Source of the DNA: Macrostomum hystrix | Taxonomy: Eukaryota; Animalia; Platyhelminthes | Direction of reading: 5' to 3' | NCBI GenBank assembly: GCA_950097015.1 | Contig: CATNEN010000030.1 | Span: 434,001-498,000 of the forward strand | Length of the DNA stretch: 64,000 nt | Shown here: one piece after another, positions 1 to 12,400 of the stretch | Layout: each line of letters opens with the position of its first letter | How positions within the stretch are numbered: the first letter of the stretch is position 1 | The notes under the pieces: generated by a model | Told to the model about the DNA's origin: nothing | The model's database searches: none | The model's input: only the letters and a program-made list of their open reading frames with translations | Position numbers and translations under genes: made by a program

Positions 1-54
1 CAGCAAGACGTCTTGCAGCGGCTCCGGACAGTTAGGCTTCGGTCCTGATGACAT
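1..54 (-). CDS. Possible 5' end of a minus-strand gene running off the left edge (MSSGPKPNCPEPLQDVLL...)
   Basis: ATG at 54-52 on the minus strand opens a GC-rich frame with no stop to position 1; AT-rich sequence follows on the other side. Too short to identify. Confidence 0.25.
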   Translation of the reverse strand, partial: MSSGPKPNCPEPLQDVLL

Positions 55-2419
55 GCCGTCCAACAGCAAGAGTCACTCGTTTAGGACAGTAGGCTGCAAG
101 TTACTCGCACACGAAGTCGCGCCCATTATATTGTTGCCAGGCACAGAATTTTTTTCATTTTAGTTCTGCGCTGATAATGTAAAGCTCTAGAAGGGCGAAG
201 AGCGCTGCGTCGAGCTGTCCCTCCAGCGCCCCGGCCAGCGTCCAGATCTCAGCGTTGTAAAATTGCGCGATTTTTACAAAGTTCCGCCTATTCGACTAGC
301 CAAATATCGTGGTATTTGGCGTGGTATAAATATCGTGGTATAACAAAATATATCAACCACATGAGTTGTTTTTTCCAAAGCCAAAGCGTTTACTGAATAT
401 TATTTACAATAAATGTGTTTATAATGCAAAAATATATAAAACTAATCTAAATCAACTTATTATGGCTAAAAATATGAACTGGCATGAATCCTTATTTTTA
501 CTTGAAATTAACTTTATTTTTATTTTCACAGCTTTAAATCTTCTTGTATAAACTGATACAATACAAGAACGAGTTTGTCGGTTTCTTGCGCGATGAAAAA
601 ACAAAGAAAAAAAATTGTTTGTTAATTAATAAAATGAAAAATTTATATTTTTTTACTTCTCCTGTACACAACATGACATCAAATACTGAAATAGGATACT
701 TTCATGTCTTTCTCTGTCAGTAAGCCTAGCGTCATATGCTTTATACAATCCATGCCTTTATATCTTATGTCTATGCCTATGTCTATAGAAGTTCTATGTA
801 ACAAAGAAAATGAAGGCTCAAAGTTTCATAACTCGGTTAGTGTTATTGACTAGGCCTATGCCTATTTTATTCCACACCTCATCCAAGAAATTTTCAACAT
901 GTTCAGAATAGTTTGTGCTCTTTCATTCGTTTTTTGCAAATGGATTAATATATTAATAATAAAGCTATGTCCGTGTTGTCCATGGATGCACTACAGATTG
1001 CTCAATCTCGGACTGATTGTGTCCGATGCTCCACAGAGTGAAAATAGTAGGGCCTATGCAAGCATGGTGCTGTCCCTCTTTTGAGTGGATGTCTAACATT
1101 TTTGCACAATCTTCGGATGCTTCAAATGCACAAGTTGACAAATGCTTGGCTAAGCTGGCTTGCATCTAAAGCTTAAAATTTACTGGCTTTGGTGATGCTT
1201 GCATGAGCATAGTTCTCATGTTGAGCCCATAGACATGCTCAAGCATTTCTATAGGCATCGTTGCATAAACTTGATGCAGAAAGAGTACAAAGCAAAACTT
1301 TCTTCATTGAAAGCCTTCAAAATGTCATCTTCTGTAAGTAGTACCTTGGGGGAACTATACTAAATGGCTCATAATTTTGAATGCAAGGAGACTGGCAAAA
1401 AATATTGCATAGATTAATAGATATAAGATATATAAATCCACTTTAAGAAAAGTTAAGGAAATTAATGTACCTGAATCCAACTATGAGCTACATTGAAAAT
1501 TCCTACCACTTTTTGGACATCCCTCATATTGACTATTGACATTGAATAGTCACATGAAAAAGTTAATTTATGCAAATATGAAGTATTACATTCCATGATG
1601 GATTGCTTGAGGCATTCAATAGACACATTTCTTTGAACTGATTATAGGTCAGTATTTTTTATATATTTTGTGCATAATTACATTATTATATATCAATTAT
1701 ATGCACATGCTGAAGCACTGTACAGTGGGCTTGTGTATTGCTATGCATGCCATTGCCAACCCTCCTGCATGACAGACCATGCCACGCAATTGTTTCTGTT
1801 TGCCAAATTTTCAAATGCACACCAGAAAATTCTGGACATGCACTAGATGATCTGGACTATAGGACCAAATGGCCATAGTGATATCACTTTTGCAAATAGA
1901 AAACTATTTTAGATGCTTCTCCAGGTCAATGTAAACACCAAAATAACTGCAATAAACTGAAATGGAGTAGGCCTACAAGAGACTAAAGTGGGACTGAAGC
2001 AGTAGTGTTTAATTAATAGTTTTTTAATATGCCAATGTAGAGCTGCCAATGTCTAGTTGATTTCTGAATTTCTAAAATCTTAATAGTAAATGAAATTTCT
2101 GTTATTATTATTAACATTATTATTGCTATTCTTATTTTTTGGTATTATTATTATTATTATTATTGTTATAATTTTTATTATATGCACAATCAAAAGATAT
2201 GCCCTTTTTGTATATTATTTTTTATTTATTAAAACTGCAAGTAACAATGAATCAAATAATAGTAAAAGAAAAGCAAGAAGGAAAGAAAGGCAAACAGTTT
2301 TCCATGATAAGAAAATAGAAAAATAAGTTAAATATGGAACCAGTTCTTAAGAACAAAATCAGTTTTTTGTCTTGTAAATCAGAGTATATTGTAAAATCAG
2401 ATATTGTCTATATTCATAC

Positions 2420-2682
2420 ATGCACAACCTCCCAAATCTTAGCCGGCCGTGTGACTTATTTTTTGCTCTCATTTGCGACTTAGTTCGTTTCATTGCTCTA
2501 TTTACTGACTTAGTTTGCTCTCATTTTCTCTCCCCTTTTTCCTTTTCTTCACACCTTCCTTTTTTGTCCCTTGGTCCCCCCTTTGATTTTTTTGCTCTTG
2601 GTCAATTGGTTTTTGCGACTTACCTTGCTTGGCCCTCGTTTCACCCGGCCAATTTGGCCGAGTCGGCCGGGTTTTGCACATG
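2420..2682. mobile_element. Dispersed MITE-like repeat, copy 1
   Basis: Closely similar to 41047-41342 (caacctcccaaatcttagccggccg ... cttgcttggccctcgtttcaccc ... ttgcacatgta); short imperfect terminal inverted repeats. Confidence 0.6.
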
Positions 2683-3697
2683 TATGTATATATTGATACT
2701 GTATTATTGCATATATCATATAAATTGTATTATCATCACATTGTTACGCCAAAGTGAAGCATCAGCTATGCACTTTCTTTAATTTGAAATAGTCTTTATG
2801 AAATATGCAAGTTTTTCTGTCATTTTTGTCAAATTTAACTGTAAAATCAGTAAAAATCTGTCAGATCAGTAAGCATGATATTAAAAATATGTTTTTGCCT
2901 AGTTCAAGCTAGCAATAGCAATAGGTTTTAACTTATGATCAAATATTCAATTCATGATTAAAATTAGTTACTTTAATTTTTAGTTTAGAAAAGCTTAAAT
3001 AATAATTACTTTTCAATAGTTATATGAGTTTTTGTTTTATCATTTTGTTTTATAATGTAATATTTACATAAAAATTCTCTTTCGTTTTTTTATTTTTAAG
3101 CAATTATTTAGAAAACTTTTTCTCAAAAGTTCTACTAAATAATAATTAATTATACATACACCTGCCCTAACCTGTCCCTGCCCTGCCCCATGTGCAGCTG
3201 GCAGAACAGTCGCAGCTATTGCATTATGTGTTATCATTAGGCTATGTATGACATTAGGCATTATGTTCAGTCCTTTGACTGGATGTGACACACCTACCCT
3301 CAATTACCCATCAGCTAGTGCTAGTACATATTTAAGAGCTGGGTGAATGAAAAAGTAATTTGTCTTTCTAGAGGACACCAATTGTTCTGGTGGAGTTGGG
3401 AACAGAACCGCTGACTTTCAATTCTCTGACACTATTAGCTCATTGTTTGTAACCCCTATTTTAATGGAAGCCTTCTGATATTGACATAAAAATATTGCAA
3501 GTTTCAAACCAAACAAAAACATTAATTGCAGTCTGTTTCGAAGCCTGTCTGACTGGGTTGCTAGCCCAGTGCACTTCATTCAACTGTTTCTAAACTCTCT
3601 GCGGGCAGGTTCGCCAGCTGTCCAGTACACCCTGAGTCTCACAATTTATCCGTATTGGTTCAAGATTTATTAAGTAAAAATTCTCAATTTAGACCAG

Positions 3698-4933
3698 TCG
3701 ACTCCCTCGCCTGGGGAGGCTAGCACAACAGGCGCAATTGTGGAGACTCCAGTTGAGGAGAATGATGTCAGCGTGGCATTGGAGGCGGAGGCTGCGCCCG
3801 TCAGCGTGGCTGTTAGCGTCAGCGTCGCTCCTGGTCCAGTTGTATCTGCTGGACCTGAGGACCAGATCTGCACCTGGGTTGTGGAGGCCATGGACCGGTG
3901 CCAGCGTCAGAAGCGAAGGCGCGATCTCGACACCATCATTCGTTTCACCCTAAATAAGCACAGCGTAGGCGCTGAGACTGTTCGCCAGGCGATTCGCCGA
4001 ATGGAGGAGCGCGGCGTGATTGTCGGAGTGCCCATAGCCGACTACGTCAGCTACCGGATGACGGCCAAGTCCGCAAGCTGCGTCAGCGGCTCGATAGGCG
4101 GCGCCGCTGGCTCTATTGAGCGTCGGAATAAGCGTCGACGAAGCGGCCCAGATGGTCATTCGACGCCGCCAGTCAAGCGCCCGCTTGTGCCAGTGTATCC
4201 CAAATTGGATCCCGGCGATAGTATGCGCATGCCGCTCATGCCGCATGGCCGGCCAGTGGTTCTGCCAGCCAATTCCATTATGGTGTCGAAGCCGGCCCCG
4301 CTGCCATTGGCACCGCTGCAGCCGATGCAAAGACAACAATCCCTTCATCATCAGCAACAACAGCAGCATCATCATCCGGCTATGTCTCTACCAACCACTC
4401 TAACACCTGCTCCTGGAACGACCATTGTTCACGCATCATTTCAGCAACAGCAGCAGCCTCATCATCATCATCATCATCATCATCAGCACCATCAGCAACA
4501 GACGACTCCCATGTTTGTCACAGCGAAACTAACAATGGACGGAAATGTAATTGTTAGTGGCGACATTCACGAATCCGTTGTCGCATCCGCTGCAGCCGCG
4601 ACACCAGCGCCGCATGTTAACGGCGATTCGACTGTGCTAGCTTCAGATGTCAGCGGCTGCGTTATGGACGCTGAACCGGATAAAACTGCCGCTACAATGG
4701 AGGACACTCCCAGCGTGCTGGACTGGACAGTTGAAGAGGTGCGCGACTGGCTGAAATGCGAGGGCTACCCGGCCGAAGCTGACTGCTTTCTCAACGAACA
4801 GGTTGACGGCATCTCGCTAATGCTCATTAGGCGCATGGATTTGCTGACTAAGGTTGGCATTCGGTTGGGACCTGCTATAAAAATATTTGCCAAAATATGC
4901 GACCTGCAGACTCGCGTCTCGGCGCTATCTTGA
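3698..4933 (+). CDS. SAMD1: SAMD1/atherin-like protein: N-terminal winged-helix domain, Q/H-rich linker, C-terminal SAM domain
   Basis: WVVEAMDRCQRQKRRRDLDTII...VSYR resembles the SAMD1 WH domain; VLDWTVEEVRDWL...EQVDGISLMLI...KVGIRLGPAIKI is a SAM domain. The frame is open from 3674 with no ATG before the WH domain; candidate acceptor tttagaccag|TCG at 3697. Confidence 0.75.
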   Translation, partial: STPSPGEASTTGAIVETPVEENDVSVALEAEAAPVSVAVSVSVAPGPVVSAGPEDQICTWVVEAMDRCQRQKRRRDLDTIIRFTLNKHSVGAETVRQAIRRMEERGVIVGVPIADYVSYRMTAKSASCVSGSIGGAAGSIERRNKRRRSGPDGHSTPPVKRPLVPVYPKLDPGDSMRMPLMPHGRPVVLPANSIMVSKPAPLPLAPLQPMQRQQSLHHQQQQQHHHPAMSLPTTLTPAPGTTIVHASFQQQQQPHHHHHHHHQHHQQQTTPMFVTAKLTMDGNVIVSGDIHESVVASAAAATPAPHVNGDSTVLASDVSGCVMDAEPDKTAATMEDTPSVLDWTVEEVRDWLKCEGYPAEADCFLNEQVDGISLMLIRRMDLLTKVGIRLGPAIKIFAKICDLQTRVSALS

Positions 4934-5262
4934 TCGCTCTGAAATCCCACGCTTCATTCGGTTTCATATGTGCTCTTCATTCTTGGCTGAGCTAATCCTT
5001 TTTTATATGGATGATATAGAAGTGGCCTACGTAATGCTTTTATCCTGTAACACCCCTGGGGAATGACCACGGGGATATTTCAAATCCCCGCTGCCTACTT
5101 CGGATAGCTCCAAAACGCAATGACCGATTTTTGTGAAAATCTAAACATATGGATCAATTTTTTACGCCAATTACGATGAACTAACTTTAAAAGCCGTCGA
5201 GATATTCAGCGATTTCGTTGTCGAAGACCCTGGTGACATAGACAAATGAGAATGCTGAGTTC

Positions 5263-6052
5263 CATGAGAATCGCCTCCACTCCAACCACCATGAGAATCG
5301 CCTCCACTCCAACCCCCATGAGAATCGCCTCCACTCCAACCACCATGAGAATCGCCTCCACTCCAACCACCATGAGAATCGCCTCCACTCCAACCCCCAT
5401 GAGAATCGCCTCCACTCCAACCACCATGAGAATCGCCTCCACTCCAACCACCATAAGAATCGCCTCCACTCCAACCACCATGAGAATCGCCTCCACTCCA
5501 ACCCGCATGAGAATCGCCTCCACTACAACTCCCATGAGAATCGCCTCCACTACAACTCCCATGAGAATCGCCTCCACTCCAACCACCATGAGAATCGCCT
5601 CCACTCCAACCACCATGAGAATCGCCTCCACTCCAACCCGCATGAGAATCGCCTCCACTCCAACCCCCATGAGAATCGCCTCCACTCCAACCCGCATGAG
5701 AATCGCCTCCACTCCAACCCGCATGAGAATCGCCTCCACTACAACTCCCATGAGAATCGCCTCCACTCCAACTCCCATGAGAATCGCCTCCACTCCAACC
5801 CCCATGAGAATCGCCTCCACTCCAACCCCCATGAGAATCGCCTCCACTCCAACCCCCATGAGAATCGCCCAACAATCCAACACAGTTAAGAGTCGCCTCC
5901 ACTCCAACCCGCATGAGAATCGCCTCCACTACAACTCCCATGAGAATCGCCTCCACTCCAACCCCCATGAGAATCGCCTCCACTCCAACCCCCATGAGAA
6001 TCGCCCAACAATCCAACACAGTTAAGAGTCGCCTGCAACCCCGTGAGAATCG
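5263..6052. repeat. 27-bp minisatellite (catgagaatcgcctccactccaacccc)
   Basis: About 29 tandem units read directly; source of the spurious MRIASTPTT and GGWSGGDSH ORFs. Confidence 0.95.
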
Positions 6053-7344
6053 CCTTATAATCCGGTAAATTTTTCAGATTGTGAATCAAACAGGCTTGCT
6101 ATTGTTGTGCTAGTTCATCATCTGCTTCACTGTTATTATTATTTTCATTCACTTTGTTCATCATTTTATTAGGTCTGGTATTTTTACTGGTATCATTTTT
6201 TAATCAGATTGTAAGCAGAATGAGAACTAGTACAGTTTAAGTTACAGGAAACTGCATACTTTACTTTAAGCTTTTTCATATTTTTAATATACTAATCTTT
6301 CGCGTTGAGTCTATTCTTTTGTTTCCAAAGAAATGACCCATTGTAAACTTCTCAGAAAACAGGGTAAAAATACAAAGCATAACTACTATTTCAACTGTTA
6401 CCTACTTACTCAAATAAGTAGTAATTGGCGCCATGTTTCTAGTTTTTGTTTGAATTTATTTTATTTAATCTCTTAGTTAATGTAAGGCATGATTTAATTG
6501 AGCACGCAGTCTCATCATTTAATTTTTTCACATAAATTTTGCTAGTTTGTTTGCGTTTCTTGATCGTCCCAGTTGAAAGATGAATTTATGAATTTGTAAA
6601 TATTTTTGTTTGAGCGCACGTTTATGTTCTAAACTGTTGTCTGTTTCATTTCTGTATTTAATTTTAGAACCGGTCACAACGTGACTGCTTCTGCTGCTGC
6701 TGCTGCTGCTCGATGTTTCGTTTTTGTGAATCAGCTGTTTAACTCGATCAGTGCTCAATACATTTAACATTTTTTATGATTGAATCTAATGCTGTAATGG
6801 CCCCTCTATTGTGAGCTTATAGCTATATACTAATTTTTATTGTACCTGACTCCTTCATATTGGCAATGCAATTATATTTATAAGTAAATTTCTCTTTTAA
6901 GAGTGAAATATTATAACACTTACCGCAATCTAGCCCTGTATAATTGCATCATATACTTACTGTTGATTGCTTGTCTTCGATATTTGCTTGTGTAAACCCG
7001 TTCCATATGATAAGTTGCGTTCTAGTTTTGTGCTTGATTTATTAACGATATGTGCATTGAAGTTTATGTGTAGTCTTGTCGTTGTTGTCTCATCTTTTAA
7101 CGTTTGTAGTATATTTGGAAAAATAAACAATTATATTATATTCTACAGTGAATTGTGCTTTTTGCAACTCAAATAAAAATAGGTAGTTTTTTTGTAACAA
7201 ACTACTATGCGACAGCTCGTGAAACGGTGTACAGATTTAGTTGAAAAACTTTTAATGACTAGTGTTTTACTTATTGGATCTTAAATTTATACTATCATAT
7301 TTTGAGTAGGAGAGCGGTGCAACATTTCTACACAAAATTGGTCT

Positions 7345-9310
7345 TACAAATCCCAACTCACCAAATTGATCTTCTGAATCCCAGCTCACCTAATTGGTCC
7401 TCCAAAAACCTACTACCCATATGAGTCTTCCAAATCCCAACTTACTAAATTGGTTTATCAAATCCCAATTGACATATCGGTCCCAATCCTAACTCAACCA
7501 AATCTGTCTTCCCAATCCTAACTCAACCAAATCTGTCTTCCCAATCCTAACTCAACCAAATCTGTCTTCCCAATCCTAACTCAACCAAATCTGTCTTCCC
7601 AATAATCCTAACTCAACCAAATCTGTCTTCCCAATAATCCTAACTCAACCAAATCTGTCTTCCCAATCCTAACTCAACCAAATCTGTCTTCCCAATCCTA
7701 ACTCAACCAAATCTGTCTTCCCAATCCTAACTCAACCAAATCTGTCTTCCCAATCCTAACTCAACCAAATCTGTCTTCCCAATCCTAACTCAACCAAATC
7801 TGTCTTCCCAATAATCCTAACTCAACCAAATCTGTCTTCCCAATAATCCTAACTCAACCAAATCTGTCTTCCCAATCCTAACTCAACCAAATCTGTCTTC
7901 CCAATCCTAACTCAACCAAATCTGTCTTCCCAATCCTAACTCAACCAAATCTGTCTTCCCAATCCTAACTCAACCAAATCTGTCTTCCCAATCCTAACTC
8001 ACCAAATTGTTCCTCAAACCCCAACTCACCTAATTGTTCCTCAAATCCCACCTAACCAAATTGTTCCTCAAACCCCAACTCACCAAATTGTTCTTCAAAT
8101 CCCACCTCACCAAATTGTTCCTCAAACCCCACCTCACCAAATTGTTCCTCAAACCCCACCTCACCAAATTGTTCCTCAAACCCCAACTCACCAAATTGTT
8201 CCTCAAACCCCACCTCACCAAATTGTTCCTCAAACCCCACCTCACCAAATTGTTCCTCAAACCCCACCTCACCAAATTGTTACTCAAACCCCACCTCACC
8301 AAATTTTTCTTCAAATCCCAACTCACCAAATTGTTCCTCAAATCCCAACTCACCTAATTGTTCCTCAAACCCCACCTCACCAAATTGTTCCTCAAACCCC
8401 ACCTCACCAAATTGTTCCTCAAACCCCACCTCACCAAATTGTTCCCCAAATCCTAACTCACCTAATTGTTCCTCAAATCCCACCTCACCAAATTTTTCCT
8501 CAAATCCCAACTCACCTAATTGTTCCTCAAATCCCACCTCACCAAATTGTTCCTCAAATCCCACCTCACCAAATTGTTCCTCAAACCCCACCTCACCAAA
8601 TTGTTCCTCAAATCCCAACTCACCAAATTGTTCCTCAAATCCCAACTCACCAAATTGTTCCTCAAATCCCAACTCACCAAATTGTTCCTCAAATCCCACC
8701 TCACCAAATTGTTCCCCAAATCCCAACTCACCAAATTGTTCCTCAAATCCCACCTCACCAAATTGTTCCTCAAATCCCAACTCACCAAATTGTTCCTCAA
8801 ACCCCACCTCACCAAATTGTTCCTCAAATCCCAACTCACCTAATTGTTCCTCAAACCCCACCTCATCAAATTGTTCCTCAAACCCACCTCACCAAATTGT
8901 TCTTCAAACCCCACCTCACCAAATTGTTCCTCAAATCCCACCTCACCAAATTGTTCCTCAAATCCCACCTCACCAAATTGTTCTTCAAATCCCACCTCAC
9001 CAAATTGTTCCTCAAACCCCACCTCACCAAATTGTTCCTCAAACCCCAACTCACCAAATTGTTCCTCAAATCCCAACTCACCTAATTGTTCTTCAGATCC
9101 CAACTCACCAAATTGTTCCTCAAATCCCAACTCACCTAATTGTTCCTCAAATCCTAACTCACCTAATTGTTCCTCAAATCCCACCTCACATAATTGTTCT
9201 TCAGATCCCAACTCACCAAATTGTTCCTCAAATCCCAACTCACATAATTGTTCCTCAAATCCCACCTCACCAAATTGTTCTTCAAATCCCAACTCACCAA
9301 ATTGTTCCTA
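7345..9310. repeat. Compound minisatellite: 29-bp unit (aatcctaactcaaccaaatctgtcttccc) grading into a related 27-bp unit (caccaaattgttcctcaaatcccaact)
   Basis: 29/32-bp units at ~7490-8000, 27-bp units at ~8000-9310, degenerate copies at the left edge. Confidence 0.95.
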
Positions 9311-9463
9311 CAAGCGCCTCTCACCAAGTTGGTCTTCCAAATACGAATTTTGCGATCGAAAGCAATCGAAAGCAAAATATTAAAAAAGCAAAAGTTATTT
9401 CAATGCCTTTTTTGTGGGACAAAGTACAGTTTTTTAATCCCCCATCGAATTAAATCTCCTCAG

Positions 9464-12400
9464 GCGCAGCTCGCTAGCGAGTACATATCGGCCAACTTGA
9501 ACCAATGTTCGAGGCCGGCAGACTGGGGTCCGGACGGCCTCCTATTGTGCGCCGTTCACTGCAGCGTAGGCCTCGGCCGTGTTGCCGTACCTGGGCCGCA
9601 GCGGCAACTTATCTGCCTGTCTGACAGCTGTCACGCCGCTTTGGTTACAGCTGTGCGCTGGGTGACAGGCTGCGAGCTGGGCCGGCTAGGCCTGTCATGC
9701 TCCGCAGATGGCTCAGCTAGGCTTTGGTTAGTAAGGCCTGGCAATGATAGCGATGAAGAAGACTTCAACAGCGGCCCGACTAGCCTGTCATGTGTGGCCC
9801 GCCTCTGTGGCGGCCACAGCCCGGGTGCCACCTTAGAAAATGTCGACGGTTTAGTTGTGGAATTGAAATCGGAAAAATCCGCTTGTGTTTTTGTGGCTAC
9901 TGCCGGCTCCGATAACCGTGTAGTTGTATGGCGCGTTGCCATTAGCAACCAATGTGATGCAGCTGATTGGACGGTGTCTGCTTTGGGCGAAATAAACTTG
10001 GACCGCGGCTTCGCATTTGGGCTAAGATTCATTCAACTAGAATCGGCCTCAGTTTTGCTTGCCTACGGTGACGATGATGGAGCTTTGAATCTGGCTAAGG
10101 TGGACACGTTCGATGGTGGCGGAGTTCGCGGAGTGCTGCGCCTGACTGGCGGCCATCAAGACTGGGTGCGCGATGTTGACGCCGTCAGGTTGTCCGCCGA
10201 TTACGGATGCTTCCTGGTTGCCACGGCTAGTCAGGATTCAACAGCTAGATTGTGGCGTCTGGATGTGCTGAATAGCGATGCTGTTGCTGGCGGTGGTGGC
10301 GACTGCAGAGACGGGGATGGAGGAGACGGCGGCAGTGATCAGCGGCACAAGCGCTTGCTTGATGTGGATCGCCAAGTGGCTGCAATCGATAAGCTTACGA
10401 ATATATCAGTTCGGCTGGAATCAGTTCTACAGGTGTGTGAAAATTTATTCACGGATTGAATCGATTTGATCGATATTAAGCTCATCTGACTCTTTTGATT
10501 CAGTGGCATCTGTCTAAGTGGATTCTTAAAAAAATGTAACAGCATCTCACAGAAAAATCGATATCAGTCTCGTTCGATTCTCCTGATTCAATCGAATCTT
10601 TCCAAGAAACCATGTCTATGTTGTCCTAATTCTCCAAAATAACATGCAATCTCTCTAAGAATCGAATTTAGTCTAGTCCGATTCTTACGATGTTATTTTC
10701 TTGGGATTCTTCCACTAGAAATTCGATGTTGGAAGGGTCACCGAGACTGGCTTCAGTGTCTTGGCAGGCAAGACAAATGAAACCTTCACTTCAACAGGGC
10801 CACGACTCGGCGGTGACGTCAGTCCGGTTCTTCCAAGTCGCCGGTCAGCAGCCGCATCTGCTCACAGCCAGCATGGACCGCAGCCTGGTTGTCTGGCAGC
10901 CCAGGACGGATGCTGGCGGACTCTGGCTGGAGAAAGCTCGGGTCGGCTCACTGGGCGGCAGTCAGCTGGGCTTCCTACTCGGCCTGCCTAGTCTGCGCGA
11001 CTCCGGCCAATCATTGCTAGCCTGCGGCTTCAACGGCGCCGTCAGCCTGTGGACGCAGCTGCCACTAACTAGCGTTGAAGACAGCAGTGAAGGACGCTGG
11101 CGAATGCTCGGCTGTTTCGGCGGCCACTCGGCTCCGGTGGAATCCATCGCCTGGTCGCCTGGCGGTGCCTATCTTCTGAGCGCATCGGCTGATCAGACCT
11201 GCCGAGCGCACGGACCCTGCCGCCGTCTGGGCGGCCGATGGGCCCAGCTGGCCAGGCCGCAGGTGCACGGCTACGACATGACTGCGCTGGCCTTTCTAGA
11301 CCACGGTCGCGTCTACGCCAGCGCCGCCGAGGAGAAGCCGGTGCGCCTGTTTCGAGCACCCACGGGTTTTAGAACTGTGCTCAGACGGGTGAGCACAGCT
11401 GAATTGAATTTACGCTTCCTCGGCCCTTAGCCACTGATCCATCAGGATGCCGCCGCCACCCCTTCTTATTCAGCCACTGATCCATCAGGATGCCGCCGCC
11501 ACCCCTTCTTATTCAGCCACTGGTCCCTCAAGGATGCCGCCGCCACCCCTTCTTATTCAGCCACTGATCCATCAGGATGCCACCGCCACCCCTTCTTATT
11601 CAGCCACTGATCCATCAGGATGCCGCCGCCACCCCTTCTTATTCAGCCACTGATCCATCAGGATGGCGCCGCCACCCCTTCTTATTCAGCCACTGATCCA
11701 TCAGGATGCCGCCGCCACCCCTTCTTATTCATCCACTGATCCATCAGGATGGCGCCGCCACCCCTTCTTATTCAACCAATGATCCCTCAGGATGCCCCAG
11801 CCACCCCATCCTCCCTCAGCCACTGAGACTTCAGACTAAGCGCCGCTTACCCTCACCTCCAGCTGAGGTAATGGCGAGTGTGCTAGTGAATTATTAATAC
11901 TCGAAGTAACTATACATTTTTTCGGCTTCGCAGGTGTCCGGCGCCGACCCGACCAGCTGTTCGGAGTTAAGCGCCGTTGAATCCGGCGAGGTTGGCACGG
12001 CCGCCGACAGCGAGCCAGAGTTCGCCCAGGTGCCTTCCCTCGGACTGTCAAACCAGCCGACTCACCAGCTGGGCGGGCCAGCCAATCAGCGCCGCGCCGA
12101 GCAAATCGATCCGGAGGAGCCGCCTAGCGAGGACGCGCTGGCCGACGGCGGTCTCTGGCCGGAGATTCGCAAACTATTCGGCCACGGCGGCGAAGTTCAA
12201 TCGCTGGCCGCCAGCCCCAGCCGGCGCCTTCTGGCCGCGGCTTGTCGAGCTAGCCGGCCCGACCAGGCGGCCATCATGGTGTGGCGCCTGGCACCTGACT
12301 GGAGCCCCGAATGGCGCCGCGCCCTGGAGCATCACAGCCTGACTGTGGCACAGATGGCATTCGACTCTGCTGGCAATCGACTGCTGGCAGTGTCGCGCGA

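Noticed and set aside
5187-5254. Possible minus-strand terminal exon (AFSFVYVTRVFDNEIAEYLDGF*)
   Set aside because: No upstream exons or recognisable protein were found, and the surrounding sequence reads like a non-autonomous transposon flank.
5171-9383. Long ORFs such as MRIASTPTT, GGWSGGDSH, TKLFLKSQL and EVGFEEQFG repeats
   Set aside because: They are translations of stop-free minisatellite units in several frames and on both strands; the same holds for the ORFs at 14419-15108, 20223-21065, 25655-26019, 51216-52092 and 61542-62058.
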